In this document: positions 63,424-64,000 of the stretch, piece by piece
How the letters are laid out: every line of letters begins with the position of its first letter
Numbering within the stretch: position 1 is the first letter of the stretch
From: Octopus sinensis
Lineage: Eukaryota
NCBI RefSeq assembly: GCF_006345805.1
Contig: NC_043009.1
Coordinates: 55,738,001 to 55,802,000 of the forward strand
DNA: 64,000 bases
Direction: 5' to 3'
Made by a program: the position numbers and the translations under genes
The notes under the pieces: model-generated
Told to the model about the DNA's origin: nothing
The model's database searches: none
Seen by the model: the letters and a program-made list of their open reading frames with translations, nothing else

Positions 63424-64000
63424 CTGAAAGGAAAAAAAAATTACAAGAAAGATAAAAATAAAAAGACTAAGATTAAGGATGAGAAAATTAAGGCTGAAAA
63501 GAAAGGAATGAAAGTAAATATATAAATAAATGATGGGAAAAATATATGATAAATATAAAAATACATGGAGGATAAAAAAATATTATAAAACTGTTGCTTT
63601 TCTTTATGTTATTCAATATATGATAATATTTTACAATTATCTTCTTCACCTTTATATTTATCAGATCCACTGTATAGCATTTCTTTCAATACACATCAAT
63701 TTTTTTAGATAAATTACCTCATTAAATATATCATTCTACTTCATCTCATGGTACAAAGAATAACATCATTACCACCTTCATTTATTATTTATATCGAATC
63801 CAAATCAGTGTATCACCATTCTACTAAGGCTGAAAACTGATTCCTTATATACATTTTGCTTTCATTTTCATATATTTGTTTCCATTCTGCCTCTTGTGAC
63901 AATCAGTTTTCTACTGCTCTCATTTCTGCACCATTACTTATGAAATATGAAGTATAGCCTTCTAATATTATCATCTCTGTGTAGTTACCTTTCACACAGT

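Overview
AT-rich, microsatellite-saturated eukaryotic DNA. The SINE, RTE-LINE and MITE repertoire points to an octopus/cephalopod genome (inference). The only well-supported protein genes are two tandem minus-strand paralogues of dimeric dihydrodiol / D-xylose dehydrogenase (DHDH, Gfo/Idh/MocA family). Copy A is complete: 7 coding exons, 41283-51994, 990 nt, 329 aa. Copy B shows its last 4 exons (59543-63423) and runs off the right edge; exon lengths and phases are identical to copy A. The rest is transposon-derived: several tRNA-type SINE families, RTE LINE fragments, a truncated Ty3/gypsy gag-pol, a chimeric Tc1/mariner relic, a hAT relic, Helitrons, TTAA/TA/8-bp-TSD MITEs, and a 100-N gap. 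Most interesting signals: (1) at least seven type I hammerhead-ribozyme-like motifs of three architectures in non-coding Penelope/retrozyme-like cassettes, mostly beside (TA)n tracts, including one intact core with a ~100-nt stem II (36605-36731); (2) a 32-bp minisatellite whose two main unit types differ only by CpG-deamination products; (3) active-site-focused divergence between the DHDH paralogues, including D-to-E at the conserved acid of copy A. All structures were read by eye; no searches or folding programs were run.
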